From: Chiloscyllium plagiosum
Lineage: Eukaryota
Reading direction: 5' to 3'
NCBI RefSeq assembly: GCF_004010195.1
Contig: NC_057719.1
Location: 51,077,967-51,141,966, forward strand
DNA length: 64,000 bases
Shown piece by piece: positions 38,180 to 50,750 of this stretch (positions within the stretch are counted from its first letter, which is position 1; each line of letters opens with the position of its first letter). A program made the translations under genes and the position numbers. The notes beneath the pieces are model-generated. The model did not search any database and was not told the origin of the DNA. It was given only the letters and a program-made list of their open reading frames with translations.

Positions 38180-38730
38180 TTGTCTGATAAGCAAGGATGT
38201 TATGTTAAGCCTGTATAAAACAATATTTCAACATTAACCTGTATATTGTGCCCAGTTCTGTGTGCCACACATTGGGAAGGGCGTGACAATATTTTAGTAG
38301 GCCATATTCATGACAATAGTTCCGGTTATGAGGAACTTTAGTTACACAGAAAGATTAGAGAAGTGGGGACTGTTCTTGAAGTAATGAAGGTTGAGGGGAG
38401 AGTTGATAGAGGCATTCGTAAATCATGACGGGTCTGGAAAGAGAATAATCGAGAACCAGTATACACAGATTTAAAAACAAGTAACGGTGATGTGAAGTAA
38501 GACTTTGTCACACAACAAGTGGTTTAAATTTGGAAAATATTGCCTGACAGTGTGGGGGAGTGAGGCAGGATTAACTGAGGTTTTCAAGAGAGAATTGGAT
38601 CTTTTCTACACAGGAAACATTATCAGGGTTTCAGGAAAAGTAGGGGTGTGGCATTAGGTGAATTGTTCCTTGAATAGATGTGATGGGCTGAATGACTTCC
38701 TCTGTGTTGTAATAATTATATGATTCTATG
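38180..38730 (+). mobile_element. Old CR1 LINE 3' fragment
   Basis: YCAQFC, RLEKWGLF motifs and tail TATGATTCTATG. Confidence 0.7.
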
Positions 38731-38828
38731 CTCATGCGTCTGCAAATACCTTGGGAAATGTTTACATTATTTTCACATTAGTTTTCAAGCGCCAAGAAGG
38801 TGCCAGGTTTGATCCACAGTCTGAACTG

Positions 38829-38925
38829 AGGTAAAAACAATGACTGCAGATGCTGGAAACCAGATTCTGGATTAGTGGTGCTGGAAGAGCACAGCAGTTC
38901 AGGCAGCATCCAAGGAGCAGCTGCT
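38829..38925 (-). mobile_element. Penelope pseudo-LTR tail fragment
   Basis: TGCAGATGCTGGAAACCAGATTCTGGATTAGTGGTGCTGGAAGAGCACAGCAGTTCAGGCAGCATCC. Confidence 0.8.
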
Positions 38926-39139
38926 GAACTGGTCTGAACTGGTCTAGTCCAAAAGTACAAATGCTAGAATTGCTGGGCTTTTAGTTAGGGAAGAAAAAAA
39001 TTGGATATCATGACTTTTGCACTCATTTGATATCCGATATCCTCAATCTCCCTGCCCTTGTAAGTTACTACTCCCACTTCTGAGCCCTTGAAGATATTTT
39101 TGTCTCATTGCTCCTGAATGTACTAATTGATCCACTCCA

Positions 39140-39930
39140 AACAAATTTTGTCCCTGTCACAACAATGACATGTCCAAAGACAGAAAGAACATTTTTCGTA
39201 AATGCAGCATGTTATCCTTGCTCTTCCTCCTTAGCTTCTCTTTAACTTCTCACACACTTGGCCATAATATCTTCTTCCAATGCCTCTCCAGTGGCCAGTC
39301 TCGTGGGACTGCCCTTACTTCATTCTACTCTTGACTCTCCAATTTTAGTCAGTGCAACTTGACCAATGATTTTCTGCTGTTCCCAGTATAATTATAACAG
39401 GAGTCAGACAGATACCCATCCTTGACTCATCCTTTTTTTGTTATCTACATGCTTCTCTGTGATGACATCTTTTGATGTGGAGTTAGATTCCACTGGATGT
39501 TCATTACATGAATATAATCGCTCTTTGTCTTTATTGAATCCTAATTCTGCTCATTCAGCATTCAGTTTTGACTGATTTATTCAGCACATCTTGAAGACCT
39601 GGCTATTGATTACATTCTCCTGTATTCTTTCAGAAATTTGGCATCATTTGATTCTACCTCCCAAGACAGTCTTAAAACACCATATCTTTCTCCATCATAA
39701 ATGCTGCCAGTTTTAAAATTTCTCACCATCATCCATTCTTCTGCCCATCTTCTACTCATTCATTTTTATATATTTGCCATCAACAGACTTGTTACCTCAT
39801 TGCTTTCCTGGCGAGCCTTTCATTCTCCACCCTCTTGCAAATTTCAGCTTGTTTAAGCCCATAAATACTTGCTCACACAGTACTCCTATCCTATTTTGGC
39901 TCCAAACATCTCAAAAAATTCACTCATGCA
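39140..39930 (+). mobile_element. Old L2 LINE fragments
   Basis: Degenerate match to the LLDLSAAFDTVDH..LLQRL and GTAL regions; weak. Confidence 0.5.
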
Positions 39931-40287
39931 CTATCAAGTGCCAGTTAAAGGCATTGGTTACAGCAAGTGCTATGGACCCTGACAATATGCCAGCAAAAGT
40001 ACTGAAGATTTGAGCTCTCCAATTAACTGTGCCCTAGAGAAGCTGCTCCAGTACAGCTACAACATTGGCATCTTCCTGACAATATAGAAAATAGCCAGGA
40101 ATGTCCTGTCCATAAAAAGCCTGATAAATCCAATCCAGCAAATTACCACCTATCAGTAGCTTCTTGATCGTCGGCAAACTGATGGAAGATGTCATTAAAA
40201 GTGCTATCTACCAATATCTACACAGGAATAACCTGCTCAGTTTGGGACAAAACCAGGACTACTTGGTTCCTGTCCTCATCACTGCTT
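39930..40287 (+). mobile_element. L2/CR1-group LINE RT N-terminal fragment
   Basis: LKALVTASAMDPDNMPAKVLK; DKSNPANYH. Confidence 0.75.
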
Positions 40288-40945
40288 ATTTTTAATTATT
40301 TGTTCATTGGATGTGAGTGTCGCTAGCTGCATTTATTGCCCATCCATAATTACCCTGAAGAAAGTGAGCTGCCTTCTTGAACTGCTGCAGTGCTCGGGGT
40401 GTAGGGAAACCCATGGTGCTGTTAAGAAGGGAGTTTCAGGTTTTAACCCAGTGACAGTGACGCAATGGTGCTATACTTCTAACTCACAATGGGGTGTGAT
40501 TTGGAGGGGGACTTGCAGGTAATTGTGTCCCCATGTATCTGTTGCTCTTGACCTTCTTAGAGTGAGTTTGTGTGCTTGGAAGCTGCTATCACTGAAAGTT
40601 TAGTGGGTTACTGCAGCATCTCTTAGATGATACACCTAGTTACTGCTGTGCATTAATGGTGAAGGCAGTGAATGTGGAAGTAGGTGGATTGGATGTCAAT
40701 CAAATGGTCTGCTTTGTCCACTGAATAGTGTTGAGTTTCTTGGTGTTGTTGGAACAGCACTCATTCAGGCACATGGAAGAAATTTCTTGCCACTCCTGAC
40801 TTGTGCGTTTTAAATAGTGGAGACAGGAGTGAGCTACTCATTGCAAAATTCATAGCTTTTGACTTGCTTCTGTAGCCACAGTATTTATACAGGAGGCCCA
40901 GTTAGTTTCTTGCCAATAGAAACTGCTGGAATGTAGGGGACTGGG
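40288..40945 (-). mobile_element. L2/CR1-group LINE 3' portion; apparent continuation at about 42812-42982
   Basis: Tail TGCATTTATTGCCCATCC; colinear with 3359-3580. Confidence 0.75.
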
Positions 40946-40950
40946 TCATT

Positions 40951-41250
40951 TAGATTAGATTACTTACAGTGTGGAAACAGGCCCTTCAGCCTAACAAGTC
41001 CACACTGACCCTCCGAAGAGCAGCCCACCCATTTACCCCTTCACCTAACACTGCAGGCAATTTAGAAAAGCCAGTTCACCTGACCTGCACAGTTTTGGAT
41101 TGTGGGAGGAAACCAGAGCACCCAGAGGAAACCTATGCAGACCCGGGGAGAATGCGCAAACTCCATACAGGCAGTTACGTGAGGCGGGAATTGAACCCAG
41201 GTGTCTGGTGCCGTGAGGCAGCAGTGCTAACCACTATGCCACCGTGCCAC
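40951..41250 (-). mobile_element. HE1-type SINE
   Basis: (TCTAA)n tail, core and tRNA-like head GTGGCACGGTGGCATAGTGGTTAGCACTGCTGCCTCACGG. Confidence 0.9.
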
Positions 41251-41299
41251 ACTAAGTGCATGAACAAATTGCAAGTGTTATCCATCACAATCTGGTATA

Positions 41300-42811
41300 A
41301 AAACACGATCAGGCCTTGGCCAACAAGGGAAAATAGTACTAAATCCAAGGAGGAAGCATACAAGTTGTCCAAAAAAGCAATAGACCTGAAGATTGGGAAC
41401 AGTTTAGAATCCATTAAAGGGAGACAAAGAAACTGATAAAAATGGGGAATAATAGAATACGACAGTAAACATGCAGGGAGCATATAAATCGATAGTAAAA
41501 GCTTCTGTAGGTATGTAAAAAGAAAAAGATTAGTAAATGTGCATATAGCTCCCGCATAGTCAGAAACAGGGGAATATTTACGTAGGGAGCAAAGAGATGG
41601 CAAACCAACTAGGTGCATACTTTAATTATGTCTTCATAAAGGAAACCACAAATTGCATCCCAAAAATGAGGGAAAAATCACAGAGCCAAATGGGAAGGAA
41701 TAATTGAAAGAAATTAATATTGGTAGGAAAATGTTTTTAGTGAAACTAACCAGACTAAAGACAGATAAATCCCTGATAAGCTTCATCCCAGAGTATTTAA
41801 GGAAGTGGCTCTGGAAATAATAGATGCACTTGTGATCATCCTCCAAACTTCTGTAGATTCTGGAACGTTTCCTGGATGGTAGCTAATGTAAGCTTCATAT
41901 TTAAGAAGGGAGGCAGAGAGAAAACAGTGAATTATAGACTGGTTAGCCTGACATCAGTAGTGGGAAAAAAGTGCAGTAATGGTGAAAGGAGTGAATGTGG
42001 AAGCAGGTGGATAGGGTATCAATCAAGTGGTATGCTTTGTCCACTGAATAGTGTTGAGTTTCCTGGTGTATTACAGTTCATGATAAAAGATTTAATAAAA
42101 GAACAGTTCAAAGATAGTGACAAGACTGGACAGTGTCAGCAATGATTTATGAAGGGGAAGTCATGCTTGACTAATCTGCTAGGATTTTTTGAGGGTGTAA
42201 CTAGTATAGTGGATAAGGGGGAACCAGTGGATGTGAAAACTTTCGACAAAGTCCCATATAAGAGACTACCATGCAAAAATTAAATGGGATTGAACGTAAT
42301 GTGCTGAAATGGACTGATTACTGCCTGGCAGTCAGGAAACAAAGAGTACAAATAATCAGGTCTTTTTCCGTGTAGTAGGCAGCGACTAACTACCACAAGG
42401 ATCTGTGCTTGGATCCGTACTATTCGCAATATATAGTAACGACTTAGGTGAGAAAACAATGTGTCATTTCTCCAATTTAACAGATAGCAGAAAGTTAGTT
42501 GCGAGTGTATGCTGTGAAGAGGATGCAAAGAAGCTTTGGTGTGATTTGAACAAATTAAATAGGTGGTAAAATACGTGGCAGATGCAGTAGCATATGGATA
42601 AATGTGTGGTTAACTACTTTGCTAGGATAAAACACACACAGGCAGATTATCTGAATGGCAATAGATTGGGGAAGGTGGATGTGCAACGAGGCCTGGGAGT
42701 CCTTGTACATCAGTTGCTGAAAATAAGTATGAAGGTGCAGCAGGTGTCGAAGAAGGCGAATGATATGTTGGCCTTCATAGTGAGAGGATTTGAATGTAGG
42801 AGCAAGGATGT
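41300..42811 (+). mobile_element. CR1 LINE ORF2 internal fragment
   Basis: VANVSFIFKKGGREKTVNYRLVSLTSVVGK; FMKGKSCLTNL; FDKVP; QRGLGVLVH. Confidence 0.85.
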
Positions 42812-42993
42812 ACAGGGCAAGGATAAACTACACTTCAATTCTGATGCTTAGCTCTTTCGGCCAGGTTTGAACCAAGGCTACAATGAGGTCAGGAGTTAGC
42901 AGAACCCAAACTAAGCATCGGTGAACATGTTTTTCCTTTGTATACACTGCTTGATAGCACTGCTGGTGACCCCTTCCATAACAATTTTAAATT

Positions 42994-43162
42994 CAAAGTC
43001 AGAAGTCGCACAACACCAGATTATAGTCCAACAGGCTTATCTGAAATCACAAGCTTTTGGAGTGCAGCCCATTCATCAAATAAACCTGTTGGACTATAAC
43101 CTGGTGTCATGTGACTTCTGACTTTGTCCACCTAAGTCCAACACTGGCACTGCCACATCATG
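42994..43162. mobile_element. Fold-back Penelope-derived insert, family of 7086-7214
   Basis: 47-bp imperfect inverted arms at 42994-43040 and 43080-43126 around a degenerate hammerhead. Confidence 0.8.
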
Positions 43163-43164
43163 TT

Positions 43165-43370
43165 TTTAATTCAATCACAGGATGTGGGCATCGTTGGCTT
43201 GGCCAGCATTTATTGCCTAACCCCTAATTCTTCAAAGTGCAGTTAAGAGTCATCCACATTGCTGTGGTCTGGAGTTACATGGAGGCCATTTCAAGTAAAG
43301 ATGCAGTTTCCTTCCCAAAAGGATATTAGTGAGCCAGATGGCTTTATTGATGATCAACAAAAGATTGTTA
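43165..43370 (-). mobile_element. Partial tRNA-headed SINE, family of 7920-8270
   Basis: GGATGTGGGCATCGTTGGCTTGGCCAGCATTTATTGCC...CAGTTAAGAGTCATCCACATTGCTGTGG. Confidence 0.75.
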
Positions 43371-44009
43371 GGGCTGTAATTGGCTGAGTTAAATTTGTTC
43401 TGCTTTTTGTGCACAGGATATATCCAGGCAACTGACTGCAGCAGTTCAAAAAAAGCAGCTCCCCACCACTTTCTGATGGATAGTTACAAAGGTCAATAAA
43501 TACTGGCCCAGCCACATCCCATGAAAAATATTAAAGATTAAATTATTTCCTTGTGCTTACATTCTGTTATGGTCTCACCATCCTTAACTCTACAACATCC
43601 TCCAACCTGACACCTAATCAATGCACTTCAGTTTTGACTTCTGACGCCTGTATAATTCCACAACTTGGGCTTTAACTATTTCTCTCTCATAGTTTGAAAT
43701 TCCTTTCCCATACCCTTCTCCATCTCCATCTCCATCTCCTCTCAACCCCACCTTTAATCCACCCTTTGCTTACCTCTCCTAAATATTTGCTTTGGCATGT
43801 CATTTGGTTTCTTTTCTGTCTGTAATATGAGTTTGAACTATTCTTTCACACAGTAGAGGTGCTACATAAACGCAAATTGTTCTACACTCTTCTATTCAAA
43901 CAATTCTTCAACATGTATTGCACCATTTTCATGTCCAGATGTTGTTAACAACTGAGTCTGCCTCAGATATCAGCAGTCTGTTTTTCAAAAAAACTTTGAC
44001 AATTGATTT

Positions 44010-44470
44010 TCACAACATTAGAACGCCTCAAATTGTTTTGTAGCCAATGAAGTACTTTTAAAATATTGTAATTTTTGCAGAAAATGCATCAGCCTATTTG
44101 TACACTGCAAGATTCCAGAAACTCCTTGCTGAAATTGAATCATCAGGAAATTGTCATAGCAAACTTGTTGAGACATCACTGGATTATGATGGCAAATTGC
44201 AAGCAATGAATAGCAGCAGTTGCTGGGAGGTGATCTGATTTGTGCGGTATCTTCCTGAGACTGAGGAAGGCTTATTAATCTGTTTTTAGTTGTTGGTTGA
44301 GGGATAGGCATTGGTCTGCAAACAAGGAGAAGTGCTGTGGGATCTTCTAAGTCCAACTGAGAGGGCTGATGGATTTCATCTGAAAGACTATACAACATTG
44401 CCTCATTACTGGAGAGTCGGTCTAGACTTCAAACTGAAATTCTACAAGTGAGACGTGAATGCACAGTCTG
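44010..44470 (-). mobile_element. Old Deu-domain SINE (SacSINE1/AmnSINE1-like)
   Basis: GGGATCTTCTAAGTCCAACTGAGAGGGC...TCATCTGAAAGAC resembles the Deu-domain reverse complement as I recall it; tail AGCCAATGAAGTACTTTT. Confidence 0.55.
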
Positions 44471-45269
44471 CTTTGGTATGTACATCCATATTTTTGTCAT
44501 CTCTAGATTTTGTTAATCTAACTATTGCTCATTCTCCACTCAACAAACTTCAAAAGACAAGATTCCTACATATGTATACACTGTGATTAAAAGTCATTTC
44601 AAAGCTGGGACTAATTCTTAACATCTATATTCCTGTTTTGAGTCACTATTTGGAACACAGTATAACACTTTTGAACTATGTCTGCAAATAATAATGCTAC
44701 TAGGCACACAAATTGTGTGAAAGAGAGATTTAAAAATCACTGCCAAAAAAAGGTCTGGAAAAAGCTTAAAGATAAGCTTTTCTATTTTATGTTACCATTC
44801 AATTTTCACTTTTTTCTTCTCCTGCTGTATGGGAGCTGTTTGTCATGGTGTATTTATCATTTATATCTTAGCAACCCATAAGTTACAGCTGTAGAACAAT
44901 GAAAGGAATTTCACACATCTGAGAACAATTTTGCAAAAGATTAAAGGGTACTTTTCTGATTTAGTGCTCCTGGATTGGAACCTTATCCACGTGGACTGCA
45001 TGTAAGAATTGTGGTGTACAATTTTCCAGCCAGTAATTTCAAAGAACGTAATGACATGCACAATATATCCTCAACCTTACAATGTGTGTTCCCAATGGGC
45101 GAAGATACCTGTTGGAACTGCAAAGCCAGAAATATATCCTCGTAATATTGACATAAAATTGGATTGTGATGGGAAATTGCAAATAAAAATAGTAGGAGAT
45201 AATTGCTAGAAAAGAAACCAATGTCTTCCAGAATAAGCTCAAGTAAAATTGAGCCCTTACAGTAATCTC

Positions 45270-45740
45270 CAATGTTTTAAAGCAACAGTGTGTTTTGGCA
45301 CTATTCCTCTTCAGGCATGGTGCCTCAAAAGGCAAAGGCAGATGTGAAAGAGGGTATATACGTCTGCTTCCGAACATATGGCCGTCTCTCCAACCCACAA
45401 TCATCACTGGCAAGTACCAAAACCCACAGCTTATCGCAGATGTTTTGTTTGCTGATGATTGTGCCCTTCTGGCATACATCTAGGAGACAATGCAGCTCAA
45501 ATGTCCTCCAAATATCACTGGTTTTATGATCAGCTTAAAGGAAACAAAAGTGAGGGACCAACAATGACCCTGAGGAAATTACATCCCACCACAGCTCAGC
45601 ATTGACATGAGTAACCTCAATGGAGAGAATAGTTCATCTACCTAGAAGGCATTATTTCAAGTGATGCTACTGTCAACTCGGACATAGTCTATCAACCGGT
45701 CAAAGCCTATAGCTCCTTCACCACCTTTCAAAGCATATCT
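45270..45740 (+). mobile_element. RTE-clade LINE RT fragment
   Basis: EGIYVCFRTYGRL and LIADVLFADDCALLA. Confidence 0.8.
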
Positions 45741-45989
45741 GAGAAGAATTTATTACCATAACTTTTCCATTTATTTTAACAGGAAGCATTTTATGCTGAT
45801 AATAAAGTCTGCTCTGATGGTAATCTAGCTGAGGCCTTCTGAGCTGGTGGCATTTGACTCACATCAAGATTCTATGCATTTGTCCTCTGGATTTGCCTGG
45901 AAAGAAGCTCTCTTGTAGCATTCCCCTCCAGTCTCCCCACCATTACAAACCTGACTTAAGGAATATGACAGTTGTAAATACTTTTTAAA

Positions 45990-47300
45990 AAAGGGATAAC
46001 TCATGTTCATTTAAAAGCATAAAACATGCTCAGACCATTAAAGGTATTTTCTTTGTATCCATAGCAGAAAAATCCCTGACACTCATTCTCCTGAATTGCC
46101 TGCTTCCTAATTCTGAGGAGATCTCAGAGGTACAGCATGATATTTGAGTGTCTAAAGGAAACTCTGATATCATCTTTGTTGCCTGTGTAATCCAAGAAAA
46201 ATATCAAGAACCATACCAGCAACTCTTCATTACAATCAGTGACATGATCAAATATTTAACTCAATAAGTTGCAAGTTACTATGGATTGTGCCCAAAGGTT
46301 TGGATGTCTAAAACATTTCACCACAATCTTGCAATTGTTTTCATAATGATAAAGTTGAAACTGTCTAAAGTTGGAGATCTGAAACGGTACCCGTCAAATT
46401 TCAGACAGGGGTCAAACAAGGCATTATGATAGCCCCACAAAATTGACAATCCATCTGGAAGTGGCTACTCACCACATCAAAGACCAACTGCCTTCTGGTG
46501 TCGATATTAATATTGCCTCGATGGAAAATGCTAGCCTCAGTCATCATGAATATGGCATGACTTATAGTATTCCAATGTTTGAAGTGTTGTTACCCACACT
46601 GCATTAGATATGCAAACCCTTCTCATGTTCTTCAGTTCTGCGTATAGAAACTCAGCCTGTCCTTGAATGCCACTGAAACATAACTTATGCTGTATATTAA
46701 TGTACACCTAGACAATGACATATTTCACTCTCCATATACGTTAAAGGAGAGACTCTGGCACATGACGACCACTTCTCACACCTGGCAGCTACTCTCTCAA
46801 AAGGCCACCATTAGTGAGAAGATCCATCACTGGATCAACCACACCAGCAATGCCTTCTGTAAACTGCAACCACAATATAAACTGCTGCAAGTCAACAAAG
46901 GTCCTGGAATACAGTACAGTTGTTGTCACACATGCCAATAGTTCAGTTAAACCTGAACTTGTGTGTTGGTGTCAAGTAACAGGACAAGAGAAATTCTGTC
47001 ATCGATGCCCTTGCTGCATCTTTTGGATTAAAGGACCATTGAACAAATGCTAGTGTGCTTTTTGGAGCCAGACCACAAGCTTTCAGGATAAAAAAACCCG
47101 ACAAAATGAACTTCAATGAGCTGAAAAACATCTCCCCTACCAGATCCTCTTTATGAACTTTTTAATGCCTGTTATTCCAGAAGATGCAAAAGAAAATACT
47201 TCAAAGACATCATGATTCTGTTCTTGAATCATAACATCACTGACATTAATGTCTGAGAGGAACTTGCTACTAATTATACAGAATGGCGACATGGATGCAA
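45990..47300 (+). mobile_element. Second, heavily decayed RTE-clade LINE fragment
   Basis: FQTGVKQG..IAP; TSHTWQLLSQKATISEKIHHWINHTSNAFCKL. Confidence 0.7.
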
Positions 47301-48029
47301 GGGTGAAAGAAAGGATTTAGTCAAGACATAACGTTGTTCTTATCATTCTCATGTTGTTAATATTGATTCCTAATTTCATAAGGATACAGATCAGGAGGCG
47401 GCTGATTGCAGCAGAAATAAAATGATAATCACCTTCTCTCAACTAAAGTATAGCAAAAGGGTGGAGAGATTTCGATGTTTTAGGTGGTGGTTTTTGACCA
47501 TGTCAAGCATTTTCAAATGCTTGTAATGGTTTTATGAGCTCTTAAATTGTTTGGTAACTCCTGGCACTTCTATTCTGGCTGGAGGAGAAGGGAGCAGCAT
47601 TTGCACAAGGGGTAACTGCAGGAAAAGCAAACGAAAGAGGGACACGTACAGAGACACAAGATAATGTACCAGCTGTCCGTTGAGGAACACTAGGAACTTT
47701 CTAGGGAGCCTATAATTGAGTTGATCACCACAACATTAGAACTGACATCTACAGCTAGTCACACTGTTGCTTTTTGTAATCAAACCTGTATATCTTTGCC
47801 TTCTATGTCAATCAAGATATAAGGCATGTTACAAGGGAACAGCAGGTAGGCTGAAGTTCACACTAGTACTGATCAGGTGAACAGGCTCTCTTTGCTGGAT
47901 GAAACATATTCTATGTAGACTTTTGGAAAGAGCGAATTGGGGCTTTCTGGTTTATGCATATTGCAGGCCTTCCACAAATAATTCATTTCAGTTCCATCAC
48001 CATGCAGGCTATTTTAGACAAGCCCACTG

Positions 48030-49230
48030 CTCTCAGAAATTGTATGGGCCTTGGCGGGACCACACCTAGAATTTTGGTCTCCTTCTTAAGCAGGGATATA
48101 CTAGCATCCGAAGTAGTACCACAAAGGTTATATTGATACTGAAATGAGAGGGTAGTTAAACAAGAACAGAAGGAGTAAATTAAAAGAATTAAAGGGTGAT
48201 CCCATTGAACCTTTCAAGATTACAAACGGATTTGACAGGTTAGATATTGTGGGTGGAATCTTGTACTGTTTCTGGTGGTGAGCTTGGAGATGGGAAAAGT
48301 GTTTACTTTGGCAGGATTGTGGTACACCTGAACCACTCTGCCTTCCCGCCTTCACAAGAATTAGATTTGAGTGGGAAACACATTGTTAGCTTTCCTGCTC
48401 TATTGTCAATTGAATCCATTAAATGACCAACTAATTACCATTTTGAGGGTCTCATCTGAAAGCTGCTGGTATTAAGCCAACTGTAGGTAGGCCTAGTAAT
48501 GTACAGTATGCACCACAGCTAATGCATGCAGCAAGCTTCTCACCTCAGAGGAATTCAATGCCTGATCAAGAGTCAACCATTAGCCCTTGCTACTATCTTC
48601 GCTGCACACCACTCTTTTATTTGAGAACACTCTGTCCCTCCACATGATGTTTCTTTGGATTCAGTTGCTTCATAAACTGGCACTCTGTGGTGTTCTTCCT
48701 GCAGCAGTTGAAGCCTCACCAACTGCTGAGCACAAGAAGTGCCAAGCTGCTATTGTTTGGCAGATCTCAGTAGGTGATACTTCTGTCCCTCGGACTTTGA
48801 TTCTGTGGAAGAGCCACCATTGACTGATTATCTTGTGGTTTAGTGGTCTTTCCAAAAAGAAGCGTCACAGGTCTTTCACGGCTGTCCATCCAGCAGACGA
48901 GGCTCCCAATATCTTGACAAGAGTCCACCCATTAATTGCACTACTTGACTCTCCAGGATATGGGGCCAATCATTTCAGACTGAGATGAAGAGACATTTAA
49001 TCGCTCAAAACATATGAATATTTGGAATTCCTTACTCACACGGATTGTAGATGCTCAATTGTTTAATATTTTTAATATTAGGATAGACAGAGTTTCGGTC
49101 TCTTGGTGAATCAAGGGATATGGGGAGTGAGCAGGAAAGTGGAGTTAAAGCTCAAGGTCAGCAATAATCGTACTGAATGTGACAGCAGATTGGGTCTCGT
49201 GGTTTACTCCTGCTACTATAACTTATGTCC
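48030..49230 (+). mobile_element. Old CR1 3' fragment interrupted by a MITE
   Basis: LKGDPIEPFKITNGFDRLD before the insert; WNSL and a CR1 tail after it. Confidence 0.65.
48251..48930. mobile_element. MITE-like non-autonomous DNA transposon
   Basis: TIR GGGTGGAATCTTG ... CAAGAGTCCACCC (12/13 match). Confidence 0.65.
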
Positions 49231-49341
49231 CATAACCACCTATCCCTTTGATAAGGGCTACATAATCAGGCCCAGTGATCTCAGTCTGCACTCAACCAGC
49301 ATCTAACTATCTTCAATTTGGCCAGCAGCTCTTGGAGGTGG

Positions 49342-50101
49342 TCATAGAGTCATAGAGATGTACAGCATGAAAACAGACTCTTCGGTCCAACCTGTCCATG
49401 CCGACCAGATATCCCAACCCAATCTAGTTCCACCTGCCAGCACCCGGCCCATATCCCTCCAAACCCTTCCTATTCATATGTGTTGCTGGAAAAGCGCAGC
49501 AGGTCAGGCAGCATCCAGGGAACAGGAGAATCGACGTTTCGGGCATAAGCCCTTCTTCAGGAATCATTCCTGAAGAAGGGCTTATGCCCGAAACATCGAT
49601 TCTCCTGTTCCCTGGATGCTGCCTGACCTGCTGCGCTTTTCCAGCAACACATTTTCAGCTCTGATCTCCAGCATCTGCAGACCTCACTTTCTCCTTCCTA
49701 TTCATATACCCATCCAAATGCCTTTTAAATGTTGCAATTGTACCAGCCTCCACGACTTCCTCTGGCAGCTCATTCCGTACACATACCACCCTCTGCGTGA
49801 AAAAGTTGCCCCTTAGGTCTCTTTTATATCTTTCCCCTCTCACCCTAAACCTATGCCCTCTTATTCTGGACTCCTCCACCCCAGGGGAAAGACTTTGTCT
49901 ATTTATCTTATCCATGCCCATCATGATTTTATAAATCTCTATAAGGTCACCCCTCAGCCTCCGATACTCCAGGGAAAACAGCCCCAGCCATTTCAGCCTC
50001 TCCCTATAATCCTCTAACCCTGGCAACATCCTTGTAAATCTTTTCTGAACCCTTTCAAGTTTCACAACATCTTTCTGAAAGGAAGGAGACCAGAATTGCA
50101 T
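49342..50101 (-). mobile_element. Young CR1-type LINE 3' fragment with a nested Penelope insert
   Basis: MQFWSPSFQKDVVKLERVQKRFTRMLPGL...FKRHLDGYMNRK; tail (TCTATGAC)n. Confidence 0.92.
49480..49692. mobile_element. Palindromic Penelope pseudo-LTR insert with two opposed hammerhead motifs
   Basis: 15-bp TSD CCTTCCTATTCATAT at 49465-49479 and 49693-49707; 87-bp arms centred on 49565. Confidence 0.92.
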
Positions 50102-50509
50102 GGTCCTTGGTGTTTTAAAGGGATAGGAGTGGTGATCATAATTAATTCACTTCTTGAGGCAGCAGTTGGTCCTGCAAATGGCTCAGGCAAATTTCCCCTG
50201 TTTACAGGCCCGGCTTTGGGCCCTCTGACTAATTCAGCCCCTGATGTGTAATCACAAGTTGAGCACCATTCAGGCTTGTGCTTTCTTTTCAAGTGACTGC
50301 AATAATCTGTTATTTTGTACCAGTCCTCCAACCTTCTCAGTCTTTCGTGATTATTGATTTGTAGGAGAAAACAATGAAGATGTATCATGTGATTGAAGCC
50401 TCCACTCATGTCGTTTTCTAGCCTGCTCAATGTGGAGAAGATGGTGTAGTCCAGAGATTGCTAGAATCAATACAATTCCCTGATTAATCCAAATACTGGG
50501 ACAACTGGT

Positions 50510-50750
50510 ACTGTTCAAGGACTCAGCAAATACTTGAAAGTATTAGTTCACAGGAAGAAGCAGCAATCATGCATAAGAGAGAACAGCAGGTGTTGAACGT
50601 ATGAGTCGAAGCATAAGGAGCTTAATAAAGATAACAAGACATTCGTGACTTATGTGATAACAGCCGAAAATGTTTGTAGCTAAACGCATGAAGCATTGGC
50701 AGCAAAATCACTTAATTGGTAGTACCAATAAAAATAAGTGGAAAAGCCAA
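50510..50750. repeat. Diverged direct repeat, copy 1 (copy 2 at about 51930-52187)
   Basis: Shared blocks GAAGAAGCAGCAAT, TTAATAAAGATAACA, AGCTAAAC.CATGAAGCATT, AATTG.TAGTACCAATA. Confidence 0.8.

Noticed and set aside
45270..47300. RTE fragments as evidence of horizontal transfer
   Set aside because: Copies are heavily decayed and nothing in the window tests transfer
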